Source: the human T2T-CHM13v2.0 reference genome, Homo sapiens. Taken from it: DNA of 64,000 nucleotides. A program made the position numbers and the translations under genes. Shown one piece after another: positions 1-11,796 of this stretch (within the stretch, counting starts at the first letter, position 1; each line of letters begins with the position of its first letter). The notes beneath the pieces were generated by a model. The model searched no databases. It was given only the letters and a program-made list of their open reading frames with translations, and was not told the origin of the DNA. The stretch lies in the NCBI RefSeq assembly GCF_009914755.1, contig NC_060942.1; one strand, written 5' to 3'.

Positions 1-1072
1 CTCCAGGTTTCCTCTTACCCTTCTAGAAAATTTTATGTTTTCTGATGTAAAAGTTTACATCTTCCCTTATCAGACATTGAATTCTCAGGTTCTTCAGATG
101 TCTGCCCAGGTCCTCTCTACTCACTCTGTGCTGTCCCCTAGGAGAAAATCTGATTTTACTTCCTGCCCAAGCAAAGAGAAGGAACTCACTCACTTCTCTC
201 CTAGGCTTCTCCCAGCTCTAGGTCTGGCTAAACTCCACCTGTGACATAGTTGTGTGCACATCGTAAAGTTGAGATCCCCTCCTCAGCTCCCAAACTTGGT
301 CACTTTTACCTTCGTTACTAGCTGCATCACCTCATCCTGTCTCCAAGCCATTCTTGAAGTCTGCTCCTTCGCTCCTCTCCCAGGTCATTGCTAGTCTGAG
401 CCCCTCTCTTCCAGCCTCTGAGTGGTCTTCTCAGTGGACTCCTCAAGTTGGCTCTTCCTCCGCCCTTCATGTCCATGCTTGGCTGGCACAGGTGACTCTT
501 TCAAGAGCATGAACTGGTTTCCATCTGTTGCTCCACATTCTGGCTTCAGCTGAGTGTGACATCCTGAAATCCACAAAGGACAGGGTCCTTCATGAGGTTT
601 TCAGGCTGCCCACTGCCCAGCCTTGCAGCCTCTCCAACTCCTGTTCATGCCACGACACCCCAGGGGTCTCCGCTCTCCTTCAGTTTCTGGGACATGTGTG
701 CACCCTGTCTTGGATGGTCTTTCTCCAAATCTTTGCTCAATTGTGACTTTATCATGGAGGCCACACCCATGGGCCCTGAAAGATCAAATCCTTCTATTCT
801 TTGCTCCTTGGTCACACAGGGATCCACAGTTAGTTTATTTACATGATTCTTTAACAAAACTGTTTTGAGTTGAAGGAGTTCTTTCTGTGTTCTTGGGACA
901 AAGGATTTGTCAGATGTATGTTTTAGAAATATTTATCTGGATGTGTAGCTTACATTTTTTTTCCTAACATCATCTTTCAAAGAACAAAAGTTTTTAGTTT
1001 TGACTCCAATTTATCAAGGTTTTCTTTTATGATTTGTACTTTCTTTTGTACTGCATGGAAACCTTTGCTTAT

Positions 1073-1759
<687 letters not shown>

Positions 1760-3017
1760 CTTACATAAAGGTTCAAAGATTATCTCCTGGATTTTCTTCT
1801 AGATGTTTCACAGTCTGAACTTCTCTGTTTAGATTTATGTTCCATGTGGGTTTAATTTGTGAGCCTGATATAACATTTGAAGTTAATGCTTTTTAATGCT
1901 ATGATCTACAGCATCATCTGTTGTAAAAATGATCATTTTCCCATTGTATTACTTAGCAACTTTGTAGAAAAAACAATTGGCCATATGTGTGGGTCTACCT
2001 CTGGAGTGTCTGTCTGTTCTACACATAGATATGTTTATTCTTAAGCCAATACTATACTCCCCTAATTACTGTAACTTAACAGTCTTGAAATGAGGTGGCA
2101 TCAGTCCTCAAACATTTTCTCTTATTTCAAAATTGTTTTGGGTATTCTTCGCATTTGCACATAAATGTATGTGGGGATTCCCAGGAGATTCCATTGCACC
2201 TACACACCAGCTGGGAGGAAACTGACCTCTTCATTCAGGTCTTACTTTGTCTTGTGGTTTCTATTGTACAGGGCCTGCACATGGCTTGTGAAATTATCTC
2301 CAAGACATTTATGGCTTTGATGCAATTGTTAACACTACTTTTATTCCAAACTCCAAATATTTGTTGCTAGTCTATAAAAACATACCTGACATCTGTATGT
2401 GGACCTTGTGTTCTGCTAGCCTGTTAAACTGGCTTACCAGCTCTAGCAGTGTTTCTGTAGGCTCCTGAGGTGTTTCTGCATATTATCATGTCTTCTGCAA
2501 AGAGAGATTAATTTTTCTTTTCATTCTGTATTGCTTTTATTTATGTATTTTTGCCTTATTGCACTAGCTCGGGCCTTCAGTTCAGTGCTAAATAGAAGTG
2601 ATGGAAGTGAAGATCTTTGCTTGTTCCTGACCCTGGGGAAGCACTTAGTCCCAAGCAATTAGTATGAAGGCAGCGGTGGGATTTTGTAGGTGTCCTCTCT
2701 CGGGGTGAGGTGGTTGCTTTCTAGTCCTAGCTTAGTGAGAGTTTTTATAATAAATGCCTGTTGCATTTAATCAAGTACTTTTTCTGCATCTGTTGAGATG
2801 ATCTTTTTCCCTTTATTCTGTTAATAAGGTGAATTAAGTTATAAAATTACAAATGTTAGATTCATGAGATAAATATCACATGGTCATGATATATTATTTT
2901 TATATTCTCTGAACTTTGATTTGTTAAATTATGCTAAAGATAGTTGTATCTGTTCATGAGAGAGATTTATCTCCAGTTTTCTTCTTTTGTTCTATCATAG
3001 ATTGTACTGGAGTAAAT

Positions 3018-3590
3018 GCAGGGGAAGAGAAAACCTCTCTCCTGCTCTCTGAAGGTTAACTGAAATGAACTGACAACAGACAGATCAACAGGAGAAAAAG
3101 TACATGAATTTCTTAATGTGCAAGTGTGCATGGGAGCAGTACAAAGTATCAATTCAATGAAGGGCCAGATGGTTGAGGCCTAAATACCCTCTACCTAGGA
3201 GACAGGGAAATGTGGAGGAGGCGTAGGCAGTTCTGAGGGGTAGTGAATGTGTTTTCAGGAGAGTTGAATGGGCCAAAGAACAGACAATGGCTTGTGAGAA
3301 AGTCAGCCTATGTTGACAAGATTCCTCACTCTTGCCGTGTGAACTGAGTTGAATCCTCTTTAGTTAATGAAGTGTCCCGGTGGGGATTGAAGAAAGTTGT
3401 GCTCTTTCTGCATGGGTTTCAGGAAAGGACCTTCAGAGAGTGAGTTCCACCCTGAGGTGGAAGGAGAAACAGGGAAGATCAGAAAGTCCTTTGTCCCGAG
3501 GCTGCTTCTCAGGCCTTTTCACTTCCTTTAGTTCAACATTCTCAGTGTGCCAAGTGCCAGACTGTGGAGTGTCATTTTCTGAGCTCATAA
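3018..3590 (-). mobile_element. MER31-like ERV1 solo LTR
   Basis: ggggaagagaaaacctctct...tgaaatgaactgacaacagacagatcaacaggagaaaaag at one end and gtgccaagtgccagactgtggagtgtcattttctgagctc at the other match the recalled reverse complement of MER31. Confidence 0.65.
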
Positions 3591-3809
3591 AACCCACTGG
3601 GAATTGCACCCATAGAAGTCAGCTTTCTATGAAGTTTGTATATTGTTATTGTTTCTTCCTTAATGGTTTAAAAGTATTCACCAGTGAAGCATGCTAGATA
3701 TTAATCACTCTTTATGGAATATTTTTAAAAGAAAATTAAATTTATGTAATTACTACAGGCTTATTCCAGTTTTCTGAATTTTCTGAGTTTGGATAATTTG
3801 TTTCATTAA

Positions 3810-4330
3810 GTTGGGAAAACATTTCATCATTCTTTCTTGTCCTCATCTTCCTCTTTCCTTCTGGGGCCCTAATTATACCCAGGTAGTGCATCTGAAGATG
3901 TCGTACAGCTCACGAGGCCTTTGTTTGTCTCTTAGATACCTGACTAGATATCAGTTTAGATATCTCCTCTTGCTGTACCTTCTAGTTGGCTGTTCTTATC
4001 TTCTGGAGTATCTAATATTCTGAAGCCTTCAGATGAATTTTTCACTTCAGATATTACAGTTTTTATTTCTAGAAATTCTATTTGTTCCATGTGTGCACCC
4101 TTTTCCCCATGTTTTGCCCATGTTTTATCTTAAAACCTGGAGCATATGGAGTATATTGACACTAATTGTTTATGAGCTAATCCCACCATTTCTCTCATTT
4201 GTGAGTCTATTTTCATTTACTTTTCTACTACTGATAAGGGCTCACACTTCTGCTCTCTTACATATTTGATATTTTTGTTTGGATCCTGGGCACTATGAAT
4301 ATTATGTTTTTGAGTGCCTGAGATTTGTTT
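3810..4330 (-). mobile_element. Ancient L1 ORF1/5' region fragment
   Basis: Antisense L1-like text: atgaatttttcacttcagatattacagtttttatttctagaaattctattt. Confidence 0.5.
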
Positions 4331-4344
4331 TCCTCTTTAAAGCT

Positions 4345-4562
4345 GGCCCTTCCTGTGAAGGGTAAGATGGTAAATTTTAATATCTCACACTTTGCAAGCC
4401 ATCTGGTCTCTGCTGCACCTGCTCAACCTCACCACAGCAATGCAAAAGTAACCATAGACAACATGCAAGCAAATGAATGCTGCTGTGTTCCAATAAAACT
4501 TTATTTAGAAAGCCAGGTTGTACATCCAACTTAGCCCTTGTGCCATAGTTCGTCAACTCTTG
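4345..4562 (+). mobile_element. MER58A (hAT-Charlie) DNA transposon
   Basis: accatagacaacatgcaagcaaatgaatgctgctgtgttccaataaaactttattt...gccatagttcgtcaactcttg matches the MER58A consensus. Confidence 0.85.
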
Positions 4563-5839
4563 CTTTAAAAAGTGGTCAAGCATGTTTTAATTTAGTTAGG
4601 CAATTAGTTGCTCGTGAACTTGCTTGGTCCTTTCAAAGGAAGAGATAGACTACCCTTTGCTCGAGGAATAGTTTAGCCCAAATGCCAAGATGTGGGTTCT
4701 TTTTTTTGAGGATATCTACTCTATGTACCAGTGATCAGCAGGTAGTTTTTACTATGCTGATTGGAATGTGAGTTCCTCCCACCCAGGAGAGCTCCAAGAA
4801 CCGTTCAGTTCACCACCCGTGGAGTCCACCCTGTGTGTGTGGGACTTAGTGGTATTCAGTCAAAACTCAATGAGGTACATGTTCCCAGGGCTCATTTTCT
4901 GGATTGCTCTGCCCTCTTCAGCCCTTAACCCTGCAAATTCCACCATCCGCGGCCTCCACAGACTCAGATGTTCGTCTCTGCAACTCTCAGCAAAATACAC
5001 TTTGCTAGAGTTGCCCTTCCTTGTCCTGAGACTCAGAAAGGCCCCAGGGAGACAGCGGGCAATTTCAGGGCTCACTTCTTTTGTGTCCCTCTCTCAGCAA
5101 TGGCGGTTCTGTGCTGCTTGCAATCCACTGTCTAAACAGTTGCTGCAAAGTGTGTCCAGTACCCACTTGTTCAGAGCAGGAAGCAAATCCTGTCCCTGGC
5201 TCTCCCTGACTGCACAGAAGGCTCGGTCCCTCTGATTGTAGTTTATTCAGTGTGTGATTCATCTCATCATTCAGTCAGAAAGGAGTTCAAGTCTCTTCCT
5301 TGAACATAGACCTTGCAAAGTGCTGTGAGCTCTTACCATAAAGGAAATACAATTTATTTGTGGTGATCAGCCACACACACAGGAAGTCACCTAGGAGCAA
5401 TATAAGAGTTAACTTTTCCTGGAACATCAACCAGTGCTGCTTAGAGAAGAGGGAGAGGTGACTTACACTGAACCCTGCAGGATGCGGGGATTTGGGAGAA
5501 ACAGAGAGAAGGGAATGAATTCCAGATGACAGAAACGGTGCTAGTGAACATGCAGACCCACTTAGAACCCATGGAAAACATTCGAAACCGTAACAATGAG
5601 TGAGTACTTAGCTGAAAACCACTGAGAAAAATGAGACCCGGCACTGCATCTTACGGATCCTCCTCTTCCTCCCTCTCTCCCTCCTCCCCTTCTCTTCACT
5701 TCCTCCACCTTGTCCTTCTCTGTCAACCCAATTTAGCCACTTAAGTCTTCTCTTTCTCCTTCTGTTTCAAATGTATTTCTCCCCAAGACTTTCATCTCAG
5801 CGCCTCTCTTCTCTTTATAAAAGATATGTTTTGGACTTC

Positions 5840-5947
5840 TTAGCTCAGGCATTTTATGCAAATGCCTACCCAAATCTATTTCTCCCCAAATCTATTGCTA
5901 TTGTTAGCTTAGGCATTTTGTGCAAATGCCTCCCCAAATCTATTGCT
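5840..5947 (+). repeat. Local imperfect direct duplication (~41-bp copies, 64-bp offset)
   Basis: ttagctcaggcattttatgcaaatgcctacccaaatctatt (5840-5880) vs ttagcttaggcattttgtgcaaatgcctccccaaatctatt (5904-5944). Confidence 0.85.
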
Positions 5948-6264
5948 CCCTCTCTAATTTTGACCAAGCATAAAGTGAGCATTTCCACTTAGTGGTAGCG
6001 GGTGCCACTATGAGCCACATCCAGGTCCAGCCACGTTCTGTGCATGCCGGTCTCGCCCATGATGGGGGCCTCAGAGCAGAGCTGATGGTGCTGCTTCCAC
6101 ATCTTCCACCCACGCCAAGGGCCACGTCCTTCCTGCTTTGGACAACGCATCCCACAGCCACGTTCTTTTCCCAGCTCCCTGCCCATCATCATTCTATCCT
6201 TTTCATCTTTTTGATGTGATTTCAAGAACCCCTCCACTCTTATAGACTCTCTTTAGACCCCTGA

Positions 6265-6561
<297 letters not shown>

Positions 6562-7004
6562 TAGACTCCTGAAGTCACTTTTGAAAACCCCTGCAAGATT
6601 GCACTTCACAGAGATTTAGTGAGACCTCCCCATATATGGCTCCTGCATGCTCAGACATCTCCCCATTGACTCGAAAATTAACACGGAGACACCCATCAGG
6701 ATTCAGGATGCCGCACACATTGGGCTAAGCCTCGCAGTCACCCAGGAGGCCCGTGCTCACCTCTGCCACCCACGGATCTGCTCAATCCTCCCGGAAGACG
6801 CTCCACTCTTGCCCCTCAGCACTCCTTTGCTCCCTGCACCTGCTGTGCCTGCAGAGCCCCAAGGCCCTCCCCACTCCCACTCGGCTCATGCCCTGTCTCA
6901 CCTGCCTGCTCTTCTCCATCCTCCAGGGCTGAGGGGCAGAGGACATACATTCTGCACGGAGCAGGCAGAGGCCTCCGTGTGACCCTCATCCCAAAGCCGA
7001 AAGC

Positions 7005-7160
7005 TCCATGACCTTGATAAGTCACAATTCCCCTTGGCCTCAGTTATCTCGTTTGTAAAATGGGCACAGTGGGATAATAAAATGTGTTATTGTACCAGCA
7101 GACAGTAGGTGAGTCCCTCGGATCAGGCTTATGAAGTGTGTGTTTACAGCAAGCAGTAAA
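7005..7160 (+). mobile_element. MIR fragment
   Basis: MIR core: accttgataagtcacaattccccttggcctcagttatctcgtttgtaaaatggg. Confidence 0.6.
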
Positions 7161-7239
7161 GAGATTGCTAAATCGCTTTGTACAAGAAATAAATGATGGT
7201 GCTGCAGTAAGAAACAGCTGAAGAGAAACAGGGAAAGAC

Positions 7240-7655
7240 TGAGTAGAGGAGGAGAGAGAGGGAGGAGGGGGAGGAGAGGGAAAGGGAGAAAAGGGAGGGA
7301 GAGAGAGGATAGGAGAGAGAGGGAGGAGAGAAGAGAGAGGAGGACAGGAGAGAGAGGGAGGAGGGAGAGAGAGGAGGGGAGAGAGGGAGGAGGGAAGAGA
7401 GAGGAGGACAGGAGAGAGAGGGAGGAGGGGAGAGAGAGGGAGGAGGGGGAAGAGAGGGAAAGGGAGAAAAGGGAGGGAGAGAGAGGACAGGAGAGAGAGG
7501 AAGGAGAGAAGAGAGAGGAGGACAGGAGAGAGAGGGAGGAGGGAAGAGAGAGGAGGACAGGAGAGAGAGGGAGGAGGAAGAGAGAGGAGGACAGGAGAGA
7601 GAGGGAGGAGGGAGAGAGAGGAGGACAGGAGAGAGAGAGGGAGGAGGGGAAGGAG
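7240..7655 (+). repeat. GA-rich polypurine tandem repeat (~30-35-bp degenerate unit gaggacaggagagagagggaggagggaagaga)
   Basis: About 415 bp of almost pure A/G. Source of the low-complexity Pro/Ser/Leu ORFs on the minus strand. Confidence 0.95.
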
Positions 7656-7659
7656 CGGG

Positions 7660-8830
7660 GGCCCACTGTGTGGCCCTGCCCTTGGTCTCCCTGCGCCCCC
7701 CACACGTCCCGCTCCGTGGGCTCAGTCGGGTCTGCGTCCTAAGTGCAGTGCGGTCAGGGGCCTGGGCGCAGCAGGAAGAACCAGGAGAAGCCAGGATCCA
7801 GGAGAAGCCACGATCTGACTCCGGACCTGGGGAGGCGCAAAGCCACGGTGGCTGCGGGCCTGGGGGTGACATGGGGCTGGCCCACGGCAGCAGCCTGCGC
7901 TCCACAGCCCTCCTCAGCGCTGAGTCCCGCCCCTACCACGTCGGATGCAGAGCCCAGTGCTGCAGCAGAACACAGCCCTGCAGAGAGCGTCCCCGGCTGT
8001 CTCCCTCCCCTTGACCTCACAGAAGCGGAGAAGGAGGTGCAGGAAGATGAGCTGGCTCCGGAGGACCCAGGGCGGAGCTGCCGGCCTTTGCAGCCTTCAG
8101 AGTCTCCAGGTTCTTCCTCCGCACTTGTGGGACTGAAGGCCGCTGGAGCAGATGACTCACGCTCCCACAGGCTTCGGTCCACACTTTCAGAGAACACGGT
8201 GGCTGTGACCGGAGGCTCCACGCGCCTGTCTGAGGAAGATCCTGCTTCCTCCCTGCAGTTTCTGCCGCTTCGCTCCGGCCTCACCGTGCTTTCCCCGTTT
8301 CCCTCCCACTGCCGGTGCCCTGTGGCCCCGACCTCGCGTCCCCCTTACCAGCCCCTAAAGGAGTGGACAGGTGTCCGGGGCTCCCGTCCACACAGTGCGC
8401 AGGTCAACACTAGGAGTCGGTGGCTTCTGCGGCCTGGCACGGTCCACGGTGCTGCGGGTTCCAAAACGCCAGGCGAGCCCCACGGCCTGCGGGTGCCCGG
8501 GAGGTGCAGACTGAAGGGCAAGACCTTGTCAGAGAGAGAAAGAAGCAATAACGCATCCGATTTCACCTGCTCACGGAGAGAGCTACACAGCCCACCCCGA
8601 CACTTTTACACGACGAAAGGGGCTTCGCGGTCCGGCAAGCCTGAGCTGAAACGCAGGTCCATCGCTTACCCTGCAGCAGTTCTTCAAGCTTCGGGGCTTC
8701 GGTTTCTTCCTCCACCCCAGGGGGACGGCTGTGCAGGGCCGTGGTGTGGCCTGAGCCGGGCTGCGTTTGTGGCTTCCTTCCCGGCACCTGCTGTGTCCTC
8801 GGGGTCTTCGGTGGCCGCTCCCATCGTGGA
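7660..8830. promoter_or_regulatory. GC/CpG-rich patch (CpG-island-like)
   Basis: Visibly higher CpG density than the flanks in non-repeat sequence. Obs/exp ratio not computed. Confidence 0.45.
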
Positions 8831-10532
8831 CAGAGGCCAACAGAGGCCACTTTCCATGATACACATGTTCGTCTTGGTGTTTTCCCCGCACACAAAAATA
8901 AGACAGGAGTGCCTACGAACATTTTTCTTATATTTGGGGAATTCCTTTTTCCAAATTAGCAGTCTGTGCAATCTACCTGTACACACCCATTTCAAAAGAA
9001 TGTTCCCGAATGCCAAAGTGAGGATGCTCAGGAAACTCAGGATGATGAAGAAGTCTCTGAAATGGGAGCAGGGCTTCATGCCCTGTTCTGGACATTTCTG
9101 CTAACAGACACCAACTCACACCTGACGACCACTGGGAAAAGGCTGTGAGCACTGGGAATCCCATTGGGTGGGGCCCCTCCGACGCAGGAATCCCTTGCTC
9201 ACGGAATCTCGGTGCTGAGATGTGCCGGAGTGGCCCTGAACCCCTGCTCTCAAGGTCACAGAGCAGGCTCTTCACCAAGAGCCTCACACAGCAGTAGTGG
9301 GGGGCGCATCATGATCACACAATCACGGGTGTCCGTGTGCACCCCTGCACGCCTGTCACCCACAGCCCCCCTGCGTGTCTCTGAGTGCCTGTCTGGGGAA
9401 GAGCGGTGGGCTGGTTTCAACAGTACCAGAATTTGATGACTTGTATATCAATGCCTTATGTGATGGTGTCTCCACGAGGAATAAAATAAAATGGGGTTGT
9501 AGAAGGGGAACGAGAAAGGAACAAATCAGGCTCCCTGGGGAAGCAGCGAGCCACCTGCGGCATAAATACAGAGCCCCACCAGGTACACAAACACCACGGC
9601 AGCCTCTACCCATTTTGGAAAGACTGGCTTTCTTCATTTTCTGTCAGCCCAGACTCCGAGAGGCCATGAAGTATAATTATGGATGGCTGAGGTGCCCACA
9701 GACGGAGGCGGGTCTGCAGGGACGCCGCAAGGCCCCGGTGAGTGGCAGTGCATTGGTCGTGAGTGGCGCTCAATCACCAAGGCTGCGCTTATGAGGGATC
9801 AATGAACAGGAACTCATTACATCCCGACCAAAACTGGCCACAGGACCGGGAAGCCCAGGTAGGCGAATGCGGGTTAAATTATATATTGTCTTTACTGTTG
9901 TTTCATTTCACAAAACTGCAAAAGTCCAGGCAACATTTTGTCAGTAAAAAACAATAAAGAATATGAAAAGCCCATCTTCACAGAACATTGGACATTGCAA
10001 AACAACCTACAGCTATTATCGGATATATCAAAACTGACACGTAAAACTTTGGCTGTTGATTGGACCATATCTCATGGGGACAGCACCCGCTCGTCCTCAT
10101 CCCCTCTTGGATGGCGCTGCGTATCCAGAGGACCATAGGCAGAGAGCTGATGAGTTTAATTGAATTGGCAGTATTTGGATGATTGAAAAAATTGGTGACA
10201 TTGCAAAGCTGGTCACTAGACATTCAGGAGCAGAGAGCTGGAGGAATCGCCTGGATGAGAAGGGATGTTCACTCTGTTCACATACCTTTTATAAAACCAG
10301 CACTGCTTTGTGGATCCGTTGTGAATAGATTGACTATTCGTAACTGTTTACATTTTTAAAAAACTAAATAAACTGATATACACATTCACTCTAAGGTCAT
10401 CAAAAAGGAAATTGTTCACAAAAAGAAAAAAATGATTCCTGTATTTTGTATCTCATGTTTCACTTCTACCCATGGGATACGAGTTCTGTGTTTTCATACG
10501 ATTTTCCTTCTTTCTAGTACTGCACCAGCAGC

Positions 10533-10535
10533 TGT

Positions 10536-10573
<38 letters not shown>
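10533..10573 (+). repeat. (TG)n microsatellite
   Basis: tgtgtgtgtttgtgtgtg... run. Confidence 0.97.
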
Positions 10574-10576
<3 letters not shown>

Positions 10577-11612
10577 CTATAGCCAAATTAAATCATGAGG
10601 AAATCATTAGGAACATTGCATTTTCTTGTGCTGCCTAGAGAAGGAGAAAAACGAACGCACAAAAAGCCAAACATGGATCTGATCCTCAACTACAGATGTG
10701 CGAAGAAGCTGGTTATGCAGAGCCGACACCCTGCAATTCCCTCTGGCACACCTAACTCATATCAGGTTGGGCTCATCATTGTATTATATGGCTGCACATC
10801 TGCTTCCTGGGTTTCTGAGAGACTGTATTTAAAACATAAAGGTTTGATATTAAGGGAAATAATTAACATGTTTCTTGGCACCTGGCCCGCCGGGACAGAA
10901 CACCACACCACCTGAAAATGGCAGCCTCTCTAAATATCTCACGTTATCTGGAGCACTTCCTGGAGTAATACAGAAGAATAATTGTGATCATATGCCCTCC
11001 CCAAAAAGATAGTCACGTTACAGACACATCAGATAGCTATGTGATCTCACAGGTGCGGACGGTAGGCATTTGGTCACCTTAGTCAACATGCCGGAGGTCA
11101 GTTCCAGAGCCTGCTTGACTTGGTGTGAGTTTACTTTAGAAAATGTATCCTATCTCATGGATAAGACATTTACATTTTTCAACTAACTCTGAAAGCCCAA
11201 AAGATTTTCGTTTGGAAACATACACCTACACATACCTCAGAAACTTTCACGAAAAGACCATGCCCTGAAATTTACTACCACTTTACGAACATTTACTATT
11301 TCCTGCAGTCTCACTGGAGAAAAAGTTTCTAGATTTATCAGGCATCCTTTAATTTTTCATTTCCTTTGATTACACAAAGAAACTCATTCTCATGGGATGT
11401 GTGACTTCTCAGAGCAGAGTAGGAACAGCAGAAAGGAGGGTTAGCTGCTGGGCTGTTCATTTTTTCCTTTCCCTCCCACTGTTATGATTATTCTAACATG
11501 TGAGTAACAGAATATGTATTTATGCAATCTTCCCCTCTGACATTATTATGACATATTTTAGACTTGATGCATTTTTTCTAATTTTACTTTTAAATGTATA
11601 AAACATGTTTAT

Positions 11613-11796
11613 GGCCAGGCATGGTGGCTCACACCTGTAATCTCAGCACTTTGGGAGGCCAAGGTGGGAGGATTGCTCAAGCTCAGGAGATCGAGGCTGC
11701 AGTGAGCTTGATCACACCACTGCACTCCTGCCTGGGTGACAGAGTGAGACCCTGTCTTAAAACAACAACAACAAACAACAACAACAACAACAAAAG
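11613..11796 (+). mobile_element. Monomeric AluJ/FRAM-like element with (AAC)n tail
   Basis: Left-arm 5' text (tgtaatctcagcactttgggaggcc) joined to right-arm 3' text (gaggctgcagtgagc...agagtgagaccctgtct). TSD aaaacatgtttat (11600-11612) / aaaacatttttat (11797-11809). Confidence 0.9.

Noticed and set aside
7040-7905. 219-245 aa minus-strand ORFs
   Set aside because: Translations of the GA-rich repeat (Pro/Ser/Leu low complexity); stops are absent by composition.
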